Positions 1 through 10,964 are shown, counted from the stretch's first letter. The stretch: DNA of 63,740 nt from an uncultured virus (IMG/VR IMGVR_UViG_3300020183_000016) (IMGVR_UViG_3300020183_000016:62001-125740), one strand, 5' to 3'. A program made the numbers and translations. Notes: generated by a model not told the origin, from the sequence alone.

Positions 1-2
1 GT

Positions 3-407
3 GAAAAAAATAATTTAATAACACAACTTAATAATCAATTAACTGAGTTATTAGATAACCTATCTCAGTTAGAGACTGAATATATAGAACAACAAAATAA
101 TTATTTAAATAATTTTATGAGTTGTAGTGGCATAACACAATCATTGATACAGGCGCAAAATAATCTTTCTAATTTTACGCCAGGTACTACATCATATGAA
201 AGACAAAGAAACTTTATTGCGGGACTTAGGAATAAATATGATAAATGTGTTAGAAAAGCGAATACATTAATTAGTGATTATAATACAGTTTTTATTACAC
301 AGATTTATGATAGTAATGAATATGAAGGAAATGTTACTATTTTGGGTGATCCAGATTGGGAAGAGGGTGGTCCTTTTTATAATCAAGAATTAATTCATAA
401 TTGTTAG
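3..407 (+). CDS. 3' end of an upstream (probably structural) gene, truncated by the window start
   Basis: The frame of the 117..407 ORF stays open back to position 3 (EKNNLITQLNNQL...), so ATG 117 is probably internal. Confidence 0.7.
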   Translation, partial: EKNNLITQLNNQLTELLDNLSQLETEYIEQQNNYLNNFMSCSGITQSLIQAQNNLSNFTPGTTSYERQRNFIAGLRNKYDKCVRKANTLISDYNTVFITQIYDSNEYEGNVTILGDPDWEEGGPFYNQELIHNC

Positions 408-449
408 TAATAATGTTGTAAAGATAATATTTATAAATAAAAGAATAAA

Positions 450-2267
450 ATGGCAAAACAAAGACTAACCGATAGAATAATAACTAACAGTGTAGGATTA
501 AACGATCTTATTCATGTAGTGAAAACAGGTGATACTTCACAAAATCCTGCGGGTTCTTCATATGCATCAACTATTGGGGTATTATTATCTTCTATTAGTG
601 GTGGAACAGTAACAGGTAATTATTTACCTTTAAGTGGTGGAACAGTATCGGGGGCAACAAATTTTACAAATGGATTAACTGCGAATACTATATCTACCAC
701 TAATTTATTAGTTAACGGTGTTCAGATAACTGGTGATACTTACGTTACGGGTGGTACATATTCTAGCGGGACATTAACATTTACTAATAATCAAAATAAT
801 AGTTTTCAAGTTACAGGAGTTACATCATCTGGTGGAAGTGGAACGTTTACTGGAAATACTTCTGCAACATGTATAACTGATTTATATTTAACAAATTTAC
901 ACGGATGCTCACCGATAACTGTACATGATGAAGTTCGGTCTATCGGATCAACATCAACGGGAATATTAAGTTTTTCATTTGGTGACGGAGTTACTGCTTC
1001 AGGAGATTATTCTCACGCTGAAGGGTATTTAACAATTGCTTCTGGAACAAGTTCTCACGCTGAAGGTAGTGAAACAATTGCATTAGGAGATTATTCTCAC
1101 GCTGAAGGGTATTTAACAATTGCATCAGGAGATTATTCTCACGCTGAAGGGTATTTAACAATTGCTTCTGGAACAAGTTCTCACGCTGAAGGTGGATTAA
1201 CAATTGCTTCTGGAACAAGTTCTCATGCTGAAGGGTATTTAACAATTGCATTAGGAGATTATTCTCACGCTGAAGGTAGTGAAACAATTGCATTAGGAGA
1301 TGCTTCTCACGCTGAAGGGTATTTAACAATTGCATCAGGAGATTATTCTCACGCTGAAGGTAGTGAAACAATTGCATTAGGAGATGCTTCTCACGCTGAA
1401 GGGTATTTAACAATTGCATCAGGAGATTATTCTCACGCTGAAGGGTATTTAACAATTGCTTCTGGAACAAGTTCTCACGCTGAAGGTGGATTAACAATTG
1501 CTTCTGGAACAAGTTCTCATGCTGAAGGGTATTTAACAATTGCATCAGGAGATTATTCTCACGCTGAAGGTAGTGAAACAACGGCATCAGGATTATATTC
1601 TCATGCTGAGGGTATAGGTACCATCGCTTACGAAGATTACCAGCATGTGTCAGGTAGATTTAATAATACCTCAAATGCAAGCCAATATTTTATAATAGGT
1701 GGGGGAACGTCAAATGTTGCTAGGGCAAATCTTTTAAGGGTTAGTAGTAATGGTAATTTAAATATTGCTGGAACATTAACAATGTCTTCTGCTGACTATG
1801 CTGAATATTTTGAATCGTTATCAGGTGATTCATTACCTTTTGGTACGGTAGTAGAATTAGTAGGTAAAAAAATAAAAGTTTGTGAAAACCCAAATAACGC
1901 AATAGGGGTAATTTCATCTAAGCCTTTGATATTAGGGAATGCAGAAGAAGGTACTGCCGATGAGTGGATCGATAAATACGAAAAAGATGAATGGGGTAGA
2001 CATATTATGGAAGATGTTGAGGCAGAAATTCCTGTTGGGGTGGATTCGAAAAATAAAATTATATATAAAAAAACCACTCAAACAGTTAAGAAAATATCAG
2101 TTAAATACAATCCTAATATACCGTATATTCCTAGATCAGAAAGACCTGAATGGAATATTGTAGGTTTATTAGGGCAGATAAGAATTCTTAAAAATCAACA
2201 AATACCTTCTAGATGGATTAAAATGGAAGATATAAATGATGAAATTGCACTTTATTTAGTTAGATAA
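450..2267 (+). CDS. Tail fibre/spike with YadA-head-like SHAEG repeats and C-terminal intramolecular-chaperone autocleavage (Peptidase_G2-like) domain
   Basis: 15 x 14-aa ...SHAEG repeats; C-terminal SADYAEYFE...IGVIS...RPEWNIVGLLGQ motif. Confidence 0.85.
   Translation: MAKQRLTDRIITNSVGLNDLIHVVKTGDTSQNPAGSSYASTIGVLLSSISGGTVTGNYLPLSGGTVSGATNFTNGLTANTISTTNLLVNGVQITGDTYVTGGTYSSGTLTFTNNQNNSFQVTGVTSSGGSGTFTGNTSATCITDLYLTNLHGCSPITVHDEVRSIGSTSTGILSFSFGDGVTASGDYSHAEGYLTIASGTSSHAEGSETIALGDYSHAEGYLTIASGDYSHAEGYLTIASGTSSHAEGGLTIASGTSSHAEGYLTIALGDYSHAEGSETIALGDASHAEGYLTIASGDYSHAEGSETIALGDASHAEGYLTIASGDYSHAEGYLTIASGTSSHAEGGLTIASGTSSHAEGYLTIASGDYSHAEGSETTASGLYSHAEGIGTIAYEDYQHVSGRFNNTSNASQYFIIGGGTSNVARANLLRVSSNGNLNIAGTLTMSSADYAEYFESLSGDSLPFGTVVELVGKKIKVCENPNNAIGVISSKPLILGNAEEGTADEWIDKYEKDEWGRHIMEDVEAEIPVGVDSKNKIIYKKTTQTVKKISVKYNPNIPYIPRSERPEWNIVGLLGQIRILKNQQIPSRWIKMEDINDEIALYLVR
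984..1613 (+). repeat. 15 tandem 42-nt coding repeats in the tail fibre gene
   Basis: Core tctcaYgctgaRgg recurs every 42 nt from about 1011 to 1612; units near-identical at DNA level. Confidence 0.95.
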
Positions 2268-2270
2268 AAT

Positions 2271-5177
2271 ATGGCGAGTATTAGAGGTAAAATAATAAAT
2301 CCCATTTTAATGGGTGGTGAAGTTATAAATGAAATAGAAACACCTGTTGAAGTTAGAATTGGTACAGATATGACTTATCAGGCATCTTCACTATCTACAT
2401 TTTTAGAAACAAGAACTGCATTATTCTTACCTTTAGATTTATCTAGAATAGATAATATTTTTACTTTTTCTAAACCAGAAAAATACGGGCAATCTATTTT
2501 TAGAAATTTGTTAACAGAAAAGACATTAACATTATTTTTATCAGGTAATAGTAGCGATACTATATTACCAATACCAATATACCCAAATAACCAAATAAGG
2601 TATATTGATGGAGGTAAAACTTATCAATTACTTTCGAGTAGAAGTGAAAGTCAAAATTTTGGGTGGGAGCCTGTAAGTAACAGAGAAATGTATAGTCATA
2701 TTGAAAGATCAGACTTTGATAGTTTTGATTTCCCACAAATTACTATGAGAGGTGTTAGAAAAATACCTGCAACTTCTGCCGATACATTATGTGGACCAGT
2801 AACATATACAGGTTATACGTATGATAGATTAAATTATAACTGGTTATTTGGGCAAAATGCGGGAATAGATTTTAATAATATTATAAACGGTAATGAACCT
2901 ATACCGATCACAGGATCAATGGTTTCACAAGAAGGTGTTTCATCTATATCTAATGAAAAAGGTAGTCTTTTATTTTATACTAATGGAGAGACTATATATA
3001 CTAGTGCAAATACTATAATGTTAAATGGTACAGGTTTATCTAGTTCTGGAACATCTACACAATCTTCTATCATTGTACCTAGATCAAACTCAAATAAATA
3101 TTTTGTATTTACTACTGACTATAATGGATCACCAAATGGTTTTGAATACTCAGTAGTAAATATGGATTTACAAAATGGACAAGGTGAGGTTGAGACTAAA
3201 AATATTAAACTCATCAATTCACCTTTGACTGAAAAAGTTACTGCATGTAATCATAGTAATGGGGAGGATTTTTGGGTAATTACACATACTAGTGGTGACA
3301 CTAATTACTACGTTTATAGTGTTAATTCTTTAGGTTTAAGTGGTCCAATAGTATCGAATATAGGTAGTGTTCATAATAGTGCGAGAGGTTATATGAAAAC
3401 ATCTCCTGATGGTTCTAAATTAATTTCTCTATTATATGATGAAGATATAATAGATATTTTAGATTTTGAATCCTCTGCAGGAACTTTATCTAATCTAATA
3501 ACTATAACAGGAATGACTTTCGATGTTGGACCTTATGGTTTAGAATTTTCATCGGATTCCTCTAAATTTTATGTTTCAGAAGGTGCGGGTGAAAAGATAT
3601 ATCAGTTTGATTTATCTTATACATCATCTACTGAGATTTTAGAAAATGTAATAACTATTGCAAATGTAACAGGATCTAGTTTAGGGGCATTACAAATGGC
3701 ACCTGATGAAAGAATATATGTTGCAGATTATAATAGTAATAATTTACATATTATACATAGACCAAATGGATTAGGAGTTCAGTGTAATTTTGAACAAAAT
3801 GCGTTTAATTTAAATACTCCACAAATAACAGGTACAACTTCTTATTGGGGATTACCGAATATAGTTACTACTAAATCATTATCTTGTGATAGATGTGTTT
3901 ATATAACACCTAGAAGTAGAACAGGTTTTTCTTTCGAACTTTTAGTGAATAATATAAATGGTGTGATTGAAACTAATAAGTTATCTTTTTACGGTGAAGT
4001 TTATAAATATAACCAAAGTAGTGGATTTTTTGATACTTCTGCATTATATAATTTTTCACTCCCATATGTAGATTTAACTGGAAATACTGGAAATACAATA
4101 TTTATACCCTCTTTAAATATAGGTGAAGGTGAATTCTTAATTAAACCTTATTGGAGTTATGATGTAAACACATTTTTAGCTAAACAACAGTTAGTAAGAA
4201 AAAATAGTGTTGATACATATAAGAGGGGAAATTTATATGGTTTATATTATCCAGAAACAGATTGGTATTTTATAAATTTATTTGAGGCAGAAATACCTAC
4301 ATTTAATGATAATAAAGCACCGTCAGCACCTTCATTGAATTCATTGGTGGTTTCCACACAATTCACTGAAACTGGTACTACTGAATATAGTATACAAGGT
4401 TTATCCGATCCAATAGTAAGCTATAATGGTTCTGTATTAGCAAAAAATATAGAATATAGTGCAAATACAACCGCATCAACACCATACATAAAATTATTAT
4501 TTACACCATTAGATAAACAAATTTTAACTTACGCATTCATAACCGATGGTAAGGCTAACGATTTATTTGGTGATATTTACACTATTACAACCCCAATAGT
4601 TAGTGGTGCAACTGGGACACAATCTACTACTGATAGAGTATTTTATAATACAACTACAAATAAGTATGAATTTTATTTAGTTAGTGTACCTAATAGTGAT
4701 TCAGTTTTATCTTTAAATGGTTCTGTTTTAACTAAAGATATAGAATATTATCCATCAGTTAGTGATGCAAGAAGAATTATTTTAGAAGAAAATTTAAGTA
4801 TAGGTGATATACTACAAGCATTTTATGTACCTACCGCACCTGCAAATGGAGGAATTTCAACAAACAACCCTATATTGAGTTGGTCAATTAACTCAGCACC
4901 ACTAAGTCTTAATGGTAAATTCACTGTTGAGGTTACTGACCCATTAGATATAAATTTCCAAAATATCATTTATAGTGAAGTAGTTGAATATGTAGTGGGG
5001 TTAAAAACATATAGTTTAAATTTAACATTGACAAATGCTAGTGCGGGTGATAAATTTATATATAGGGTAAAAAATGAAAAATTTTATACCCCTATTATAG
5101 GTGAAACAATATATAGTGTTAATTATAGTAGTATAAATAATATAGAAATACTAACAAATGCAGGTAACACATATTAA
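2271..5177 (+). CDS. Large virion/tail protein with Bacteroidota-type beta-propeller domain
   Basis: NWLFGQNAGIDFN...EGVSSIS...GSLLFYTNG...STQSSIIVP...SPDGSKL...YGLEFSSDSSK...GALQMAPDERIY resembles propellers of Flavobacteria T9SS-sorted proteins; lies between fibre and baseplate-like genes. Confidence 0.7.
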   Translation: MASIRGKIINPILMGGEVINEIETPVEVRIGTDMTYQASSLSTFLETRTALFLPLDLSRIDNIFTFSKPEKYGQSIFRNLLTEKTLTLFLSGNSSDTILPIPIYPNNQIRYIDGGKTYQLLSSRSESQNFGWEPVSNREMYSHIERSDFDSFDFPQITMRGVRKIPATSADTLCGPVTYTGYTYDRLNYNWLFGQNAGIDFNNIINGNEPIPITGSMVSQEGVSSISNEKGSLLFYTNGETIYTSANTIMLNGTGLSSSGTSTQSSIIVPRSNSNKYFVFTTDYNGSPNGFEYSVVNMDLQNGQGEVETKNIKLINSPLTEKVTACNHSNGEDFWVITHTSGDTNYYVYSVNSLGLSGPIVSNIGSVHNSARGYMKTSPDGSKLISLLYDEDIIDILDFESSAGTLSNLITITGMTFDVGPYGLEFSSDSSKFYVSEGAGEKIYQFDLSYTSSTEILENVITIANVTGSSLGALQMAPDERIYVADYNSNNLHIIHRPNGLGVQCNFEQNAFNLNTPQITGTTSYWGLPNIVTTKSLSCDRCVYITPRSRTGFSFELLVNNINGVIETNKLSFYGEVYKYNQSSGFFDTSALYNFSLPYVDLTGNTGNTIFIPSLNIGEGEFLIKPYWSYDVNTFLAKQQLVRKNSVDTYKRGNLYGLYYPETDWYFINLFEAEIPTFNDNKAPSAPSLNSLVVSTQFTETGTTEYSIQGLSDPIVSYNGSVLAKNIEYSANTTASTPYIKLLFTPLDKQILTYAFITDGKANDLFGDIYTITTPIVSGATGTQSTTDRVFYNTTTNKYEFYLVSVPNSDSVLSLNGSVLTKDIEYYPSVSDARRIILEENLSIGDILQAFYVPTAPANGGISTNNPILSWSINSAPLSLNGKFTVEVTDPLDINFQNIIYSEVVEYVVGLKTYSLNLTLTNASAGDKFIYRVKNEKFYTPIIGETIYSVNYSSINNIEILTNAGNTY

Positions 5178-5217
5178 TAATATGAAATTTAGAATATTTA
5201 TTAAAAAATAGAGGAAA

Positions 5218-7461
5218 ATGAGTTATATAAATAAACAAAGTACAACATTAGTAAGAGTAAAATTAACTGATAGTGGTAGAGAACAGTTAGCTAAAGGACA
5301 ATTAACTTTTGCCAATTATATAATTGGTGATTCAGAAGTGGATTATAATTATGTGAAGGGTTGGAAGGAATTTGTTCCATCTATAGGTGCGTCAACGGGA
5401 GAATTTTATTTTGTTGAGGCAGATGGTAACATACAAAAAAATATTTTTTCAAAAGTATTGAGACCTAAAGACGATAATCCCTTTTTCTCTACGTTCCTAC
5501 TTAACCAAAGTAATCAATTCGTTTATCCTTTAAATCAACAAAGTAATATACAATTAATAAAAGGTATTGTCACTAACGAAGCTGAAGACAGAGGATTCTT
5601 TTCTGGGTCAACTGTTGATACAGGTTTAGTTGCTCAAACAGGAAGTAAATTTATAAAAGAAAGTGGAACAATTGATTTAGGTAAATTTGACGGTTCTGCC
5701 GATTTTACAACTTACACACAAGGTATTTTAGTTTTAGATTCTCCACTAACTGCAACTAGTGTAAACGATTACATAGTATTTAGATTTAGTAACCCTACAT
5801 TAGGAAATGTTACTGGTGATACTATGACTGGTGCGACAGTTAACACCACATATAATATTACGTATTTAAGTGGGTCAACAATTAGAGTAGATAGAACTTT
5901 ACCTACATTAAGTGCATATTCAGGTACAATAATTACTTATTATACAATTCCAGGTGGTGATAACCCTACTGATGATTATTATGGTTTAAATTCATTATCC
6001 GCTTATTGGAATACAGGTACGTTGTCATTTGATAGTAGTTGCGATATTTGTGTGGAAAATATACCCGTTTGGAATATGAATAATGTTTGGACAGAAAATC
6101 CTGCAGGGTTATTTAAAGACTCACCGATTAATTTTCATGAACACAATTTATTTGGTTCAGAACATTATACAGGTACAAAACAATATTTAGGGTATAATGA
6201 AAATTTAGTTTGTGATACAAATGATGCAACATCTATTTGTGGTGTAAATCAAGCATTAAGTTATATTGATCCGTATAGGAAATCAATTTCTATTATACAT
6301 TATACAAACAGTTGTATTTCTAATTTTTATGGTGAACAATTTTATATTGATCAAGAAACAGGTAAATTATTAAATTTAGATATACCTGTAATGTGGCATA
6401 GAAGAAATGATGTTGGTTCAGGAAGTGGAACAACATTAGGGATGAGATTTACATCTGACACAATTAAAAAAACATTATCATCTAATAATGATATTGAATA
6501 TTATGATCTTATCGAATTTAGTGGTATGTCAGTAACTCCTACATTACCATTAGTTGTGGGTAAAGTCTTCCCTCAATTACAGATAGTAGTTATAGATAAT
6601 GAGGAATTAGTTGCAGCAATGTCTTATAGGTCAAATAGAAATTATACTTTACCTGATTTATCAGCGGAATTAATTTCACCAATAAATGGAAATTGTACTG
6701 GATCTTTAAAAGCGGGAGAAAGGATGTATTTAACATATTGGTTAGAAAATGTTGGTACAGGTACAACAGGTACCACCACAGTTACTACACCAATTTTACC
6801 TTGTCAAAGATATATTGTAATTGATAATGATACTAATTCTGATAAAGATGTTCAATTTAGAATTAATAATGTTGGACAACTACCTTATATGAGAAAAAGA
6901 GAAAATGTCTTATATGATGGATATGGATTTTTTGCGGATACTTTTAAAGTATTATCTCAAGTAATTAACATTAGTACACAAACTAGACCTTTACCTTCTA
7001 ATTGGAAAGTTGTTGATTTTACGTCTACAAACATAACAGGTAATAGTGGTGAAACTATAAATCCATTGTTATTCGAAAACCAAAATCCCAATATTACAGG
7101 ATTTATTTTAACAGGATCTTTATATACAGGTGCCACTACATTTAACTTAGGTGCGGAATTAGATTTAACAAATGCAAGTTATTACGATAGAATGACTTTT
7201 GGTGATGAAAGATTATTTTATGGTAACCTTAGAACACATATAGGTGCAACAATATATAAATCATTATTTAATATTAATATTGATGGAGCATCCATCGCAT
7301 CAAGTAGTAACCCTACTTTTGAATTTGGGGATGATAGATATGTGAGTGAAATAGGTATTTTAGATAATAATCAAAATTTAGTTTTAGTTGGTAAGTTGTC
7401 TAGACCGATAAGAATTTCGGATTCTACAACTGCGTCAATAGAATTAACAATAGACTTTTAA
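5218..7461 (+). CDS. Baseplate/tail-associated structural protein
   Basis: N-term KLTDSGREQLAKG..IGDSEVDYN and C-term VSEIGILDNNQNLVLVGKLSRPI resemble tail-collar/baseplate motifs; T/S/G/N-rich. Confidence 0.65.
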   Translation: MSYINKQSTTLVRVKLTDSGREQLAKGQLTFANYIIGDSEVDYNYVKGWKEFVPSIGASTGEFYFVEADGNIQKNIFSKVLRPKDDNPFFSTFLLNQSNQFVYPLNQQSNIQLIKGIVTNEAEDRGFFSGSTVDTGLVAQTGSKFIKESGTIDLGKFDGSADFTTYTQGILVLDSPLTATSVNDYIVFRFSNPTLGNVTGDTMTGATVNTTYNITYLSGSTIRVDRTLPTLSAYSGTIITYYTIPGGDNPTDDYYGLNSLSAYWNTGTLSFDSSCDICVENIPVWNMNNVWTENPAGLFKDSPINFHEHNLFGSEHYTGTKQYLGYNENLVCDTNDATSICGVNQALSYIDPYRKSISIIHYTNSCISNFYGEQFYIDQETGKLLNLDIPVMWHRRNDVGSGSGTTLGMRFTSDTIKKTLSSNNDIEYYDLIEFSGMSVTPTLPLVVGKVFPQLQIVVIDNEELVAAMSYRSNRNYTLPDLSAELISPINGNCTGSLKAGERMYLTYWLENVGTGTTGTTTVTTPILPCQRYIVIDNDTNSDKDVQFRINNVGQLPYMRKRENVLYDGYGFFADTFKVLSQVINISTQTRPLPSNWKVVDFTSTNITGNSGETINPLLFENQNPNITGFILTGSLYTGATTFNLGAELDLTNASYYDRMTFGDERLFYGNLRTHIGATIYKSLFNINIDGASIASSSNPTFEFGDDRYVSEIGILDNNQNLVLVGKLSRPIRISDSTTASIELTIDF

Positions 7462-7473
7462 ATTTTTAAAAAA

Positions 7474-8769
7474 ATGGGATTCATAAATAGTGCAACCACA
7501 GTAACAATTAGAGCTAGATTAACTAATCTTGGTAGACAAAGATTATTAACTGGTAGTAATACAATTTTCTCACACTTTATTTTGGGGGATTCTGATGCAA
7601 ATTACAATACAGAAAGTAAATTAAATACGGGTAGAATTCCTGCGGATAGTGGTGATTTAGGTAGTGGGAATAATACAAATGATAATATTTCTGAAAATTT
7701 AGGTATTAATAGTAAATTGTTTGTAACTGTCGCACCAACCATAAAAAAATCTGTTGAAGCTAATTCCGCTAAGGTAAATATAGTAACTAATGAAATAGGT
7801 GAAACTACTGTTAGCGGTTCTAATTTGACTTATGTTCAAATAGATAGAATCGATACATTCAGTCAAAATACTAACTATTTTAAAAGTTTATCATTACCCA
7901 TTAAACCTAAGACAGTAAACATTTATACGGGAACAACTTCACAAAATGGGGGATGGTTAGACACACCTTTCAGCGGTTTAGGTATGACAAAAGTTTTATT
8001 AGGTGTAATTAATAATAGTCAGTATGGTGAGATAATAGATGGGAAAAGTGTAAAAATTAATTTACCTGTTTATACTGGTTTTACTACTGGAGGAACGCCA
8101 ACGGGTATAACAACCTATGAAATATATAGTACATACCCTAGAACTACAATACCTAAAACAGAATTAGATAATCAGTATATTGATGAAAGTAGTTATCCGC
8201 AATCCCTTTTTGGTAGAAAAATAAACGTTTCGTATTTAGTTTCTGATAAAATTAAAAAACCAAATAATAATACCTCAAAAAGTTGGTCAACTGGTTACGA
8301 TACCTTTAAACCGTTTAGTTTGAATGGTAAAGAATTGATAAATGTGCAAACAGTATCATCTACAGGAATTTATGCAGATAAAATTGCGGGTGTTATATAT
8401 TTAGATAAAGGTATTTTTGCAATAACTGATACGAATATAGTTAATAATATTGCAATTAATTTTAGTGGGGATACTGATACAAATATCATAAATAATAGTT
8501 TAGGACTTTACTATTATAGTGCTAGTACTTATAATACGGTTATCGATAGCATACAAAAAGATTTAGTACAGAATATTGTTTGTATTGCAGCTAGAGGTGA
8601 ATTTTATAATTCACAAAATGAAACATTAACAGTTTATGATGATGTTAGAATTAGTGAAGTTGCGATAACAGATATATCTGGAAATGTTTTAGCAATAGGT
8701 AAGACAGATAGACATATAGTTAAAAAGAAAAATGATTTTGTAGTTTTCGATGTACAAATTATAATATAA
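7474..8769 (+). CDS. Baseplate/tail-associated structural protein, paralog of the preceding gene
   Basis: Shares N-term RLTNLGRQRLL..LGDSDANYN and C-term ISEVAITDISGNVLAIGK with 5218..7461. Confidence 0.65.
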   Translation: MGFINSATTVTIRARLTNLGRQRLLTGSNTIFSHFILGDSDANYNTESKLNTGRIPADSGDLGSGNNTNDNISENLGINSKLFVTVAPTIKKSVEANSAKVNIVTNEIGETTVSGSNLTYVQIDRIDTFSQNTNYFKSLSLPIKPKTVNIYTGTTSQNGGWLDTPFSGLGMTKVLLGVINNSQYGEIIDGKSVKINLPVYTGFTTGGTPTGITTYEIYSTYPRTTIPKTELDNQYIDESSYPQSLFGRKINVSYLVSDKIKKPNNNTSKSWSTGYDTFKPFSLNGKELINVQTVSSTGIYADKIAGVIYLDKGIFAITDTNIVNNIAINFSGDTDTNIINNSLGLYYYSASTYNTVIDSIQKDLVQNIVCIAARGEFYNSQNETLTVYDDVRISEVAITDISGNVLAIGKTDRHIVKKKNDFVVFDVQIII

Positions 8770-8790
8770 CATTTTTTTATTAAAGTTTTT

Positions 8791-9423
8791 ATGAGTAGAA
8801 TATTAGGATTGGATGTATCCACTAAAACAATAGGTATATCTTTATTTGAAGATAATGGTGATAACGGTAAATTACAATTATTAACTCACATAACACCTAA
8901 AGTTAAACCAAAACCCGTTGATAATATTGAATTATTAATCAAAAAGGCGCAAGTTTTTCAGTTTGATTTTTTAGAAAAGTATAGTGATATAGATATTAGT
9001 AGAGTAATCATAGAAGAACCTTTATTACAATCTAATAATGTAAATACGGTTTCCACACTATTACGATTCAATGGGATGATTTGTAGATCAGTTTATGAAG
9101 TCCTAAACATTGTTCCCGAATTTATATCGTCTTATGATGCCAGAAAATTTGCATTTCCTGATTTAATGCAAGTTAGAACACATAATAAAAAAGGTGAGGC
9201 GTATACTGAAAAAGATATTGATAAAAAACAACCTGTTTTGTTTGGTGCGTATCCTTGGGATACAGATAAAAAGGTAGTTATTTGGGAAAAAGTAAATGAA
9301 AGAGAACCTCAAATTATATGGATGTATGATAGACATCAAAAATTAACAAAAGAAAATTATGATATGACAGATGCATATACCTGTGTTTTAGGGCAAATGA
9401 TGAAAGAGGGTAAGTGGAAGTAA
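8791..9423 (+). CDS. RuvC-like Holliday junction resolvase
   Basis: ILGLDVSTKTIG, IIEEP and DMTDA acidic catalytic motifs. Confidence 0.8.
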   Translation: MSRILGLDVSTKTIGISLFEDNGDNGKLQLLTHITPKVKPKPVDNIELLIKKAQVFQFDFLEKYSDIDISRVIIEEPLLQSNNVNTVSTLLRFNGMICRSVYEVLNIVPEFISSYDARKFAFPDLMQVRTHNKKGEAYTEKDIDKKQPVLFGAYPWDTDKKVVIWEKVNEREPQIIWMYDRHQKLTKENYDMTDAYTCVLGQMMKEGKWK

Positions 9424-9478
9424 TATCGTTTAAATCACCGATAATTTGAAGTATCGTCTTTTTAGGCGATATTTTTTT
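9422..9478 (+). terminator. Extended stem-loop followed by a T run (terminator-like)
   Basis: aatatcgtttaaa (9422-9434) pairs with tttaggcgatatt (9461-9473); inner cgata/tatcg stem; T tract follows. Confidence 0.6.
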
Positions 9479-9497
9479 GCATATTAAAAAAAATTAT

Positions 9498-9505
9498 TAT
9501 ATTTG
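9498..9505 (+). promoter_or_regulatory. Bacteroidota-type -7 promoter element TAnnTTTG (representative copy)
   Basis: TATATTTG just upstream of primase. Also at 10479, 12981, 16696, 25204, 35502, 36204, 42949, 44441, 47436, 50249, 52641, 58739, 61100 and minus strand 23905-23912; many have TTTG 18-20 nt upstream. Confidence 0.75.
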
Positions 9506-9511
9506 TAATCG

Positions 9512-10465
9512 ATGTCTGAAATAATTGTAGAAATATTAGAAAGTATTTTGGGTGAACCCAGAAAACATTACAAAGATAAGTCACAAATATCTTTCGATTG
9601 TCCTGTCTGCTCATACGATATAAAAGGGTTAGAAAAGGGTGATGGAAAAGGTAATTTAGAGATTAATTATGATAGTAATGTTTATAAATGTTGGGCATGT
9701 TCCGAAACTAATAACACACATGGTTCAATATATAAATTAGTAAAACAATACGGAACAAAATCTGATCTTAAAAAATATAAATTAGTAACACCTGAATTAG
9801 TAGATAATTTTAAAAGGAATGTTGAAGTAAAAATTTTAGATGGGTTACCTAAAGAATTTATACCATTATCTATTGAATCTTTTACTACTGCGTATAAAAA
9901 ATCTATGGAATATCTTAAAAAAAGAAATATTGATTTTGATACCATAAAAAAATTTAATATAGGTTATTGCGAAACTGGTGAGTATGCGGGCAGAGTAATT
10001 TTCCCTTCTTATGATATACACGGAGACACCAACTATTTTTTAGGTAGAAGTTATGATAAGTATAGTAAATTAAAATATAAAAATCCTGATATCCCTAAAA
10101 CAGAAATTATATTTAATGAAGGTAAAATTATATGGGATTCTAACATTTATATAGTAGAAGGTGTATTCGATCATATAGTAGTACCAAATAGTATCCCTAT
10201 GTTAGGTAAAGTTATGAGTGAAAATTTATTTACTCAGTTAGTAAGAAAGGCAGAATGTAAAGTAATCATTTTGTTAGATTCTGACGCATATAATGACTCA
10301 ATTAAGTTATATAAGAAATTAAATTCTACTAAATTAATGGATAGAGTTATGATAATTAAGTTACCTGATGGTTATGATATTTCTGACATTAATCAAAGAT
10401 TAGGTAAAAAAGGTGTAATAGATATTCTATTTACTGCAAAAAAAATTAAAGAAAGTTTGTTATAA
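9512..10465 (+). CDS. DNA primase (Zn finger + TOPRIM)
   Basis: CPVC...CWAC zinc finger; GRVIFP; IVEGVFD; LDSDA TOPRIM motifs. Confidence 0.9.
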   Translation: MSEIIVEILESILGEPRKHYKDKSQISFDCPVCSYDIKGLEKGDGKGNLEINYDSNVYKCWACSETNNTHGSIYKLVKQYGTKSDLKKYKLVTPELVDNFKRNVEVKILDGLPKEFIPLSIESFTTAYKKSMEYLKKRNIDFDTIKKFNIGYCETGEYAGRVIFPSYDIHGDTNYFLGRSYDKYSKLKYKNPDIPKTEIIFNEGKIIWDSNIYIVEGVFDHIVVPNSIPMLGKVMSENLFTQLVRKAECKVIILLDSDAYNDSIKLYKKLNSTKLMDRVMIIKLPDGYDISDINQRLGKKGVIDILFTAKKIKESLL

Positions 10466-10501
10466 TAAAATTTTTATTTATATTTGTATAAATAATAAAC
10501 A

Positions 10502-10924
10502 ATGGTAAAAAGAATAATTAGATTTTTTAGGAGAATAAAACTTAGATTTTATTTGTTAAGTAAAAAGAGTAAAATGTTTAAAACATATGAGGAAGAACCG
10601 ACTTCATATGAAAAGACTTGTTTTCAAGTATGTCTTCAAATGATTAAACATCCCGCAACAAAATTTATGATTGCACCTATGTCAAATAAAAGATACATTG
10701 AAAATAAAGAAATGGATCTTTTTATTACAATGGATTATGGTAGAATTGATTTAACAAATCATGTATATCATTATAGTGTAAAACTAACTAATAGAGATTG
10801 GGAAAGAGTTACATACATTTTTGATGTTGAGACAGAAAAAAGAAGATTAAAATATGAAGAAACTGTGAATTCTCAAATTAAAAACTCGTTACATAATGTG
10901 TTAGAAAGAATTTCTAATCTCTGA
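10502..10924 (+). CDS. Hypothetical protein
   Basis: 140-aa ORF with own promoter motif and downstream terminator. Confidence 0.7.
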   Translation: MVKRIIRFFRRIKLRFYLLSKKSKMFKTYEEEPTSYEKTCFQVCLQMIKHPATKFMIAPMSNKRYIENKEMDLFITMDYGRIDLTNHVYHYSVKLTNRDWERVTYIFDVETEKRRLKYEETVNSQIKNSLHNVLERISNL

Positions 10925-10942
10925 TAAAATATTAAAAACTAT

Positions 10943-10964
10943 GGAGTCTACGGACTCCTTTTTT
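10943..10964 (+). terminator. Intrinsic terminator
   Basis: ggagtc-tacg-gactcc followed by T6. Confidence 0.8.

Noticed and set aside
991..1587. 198-aa minus-strand repetitive ORF; possible CRISPR-like array
   Set aside because: Antisense shadow of the tail fibre repeats; units are contiguous in-frame coding repeats without unique spacers.
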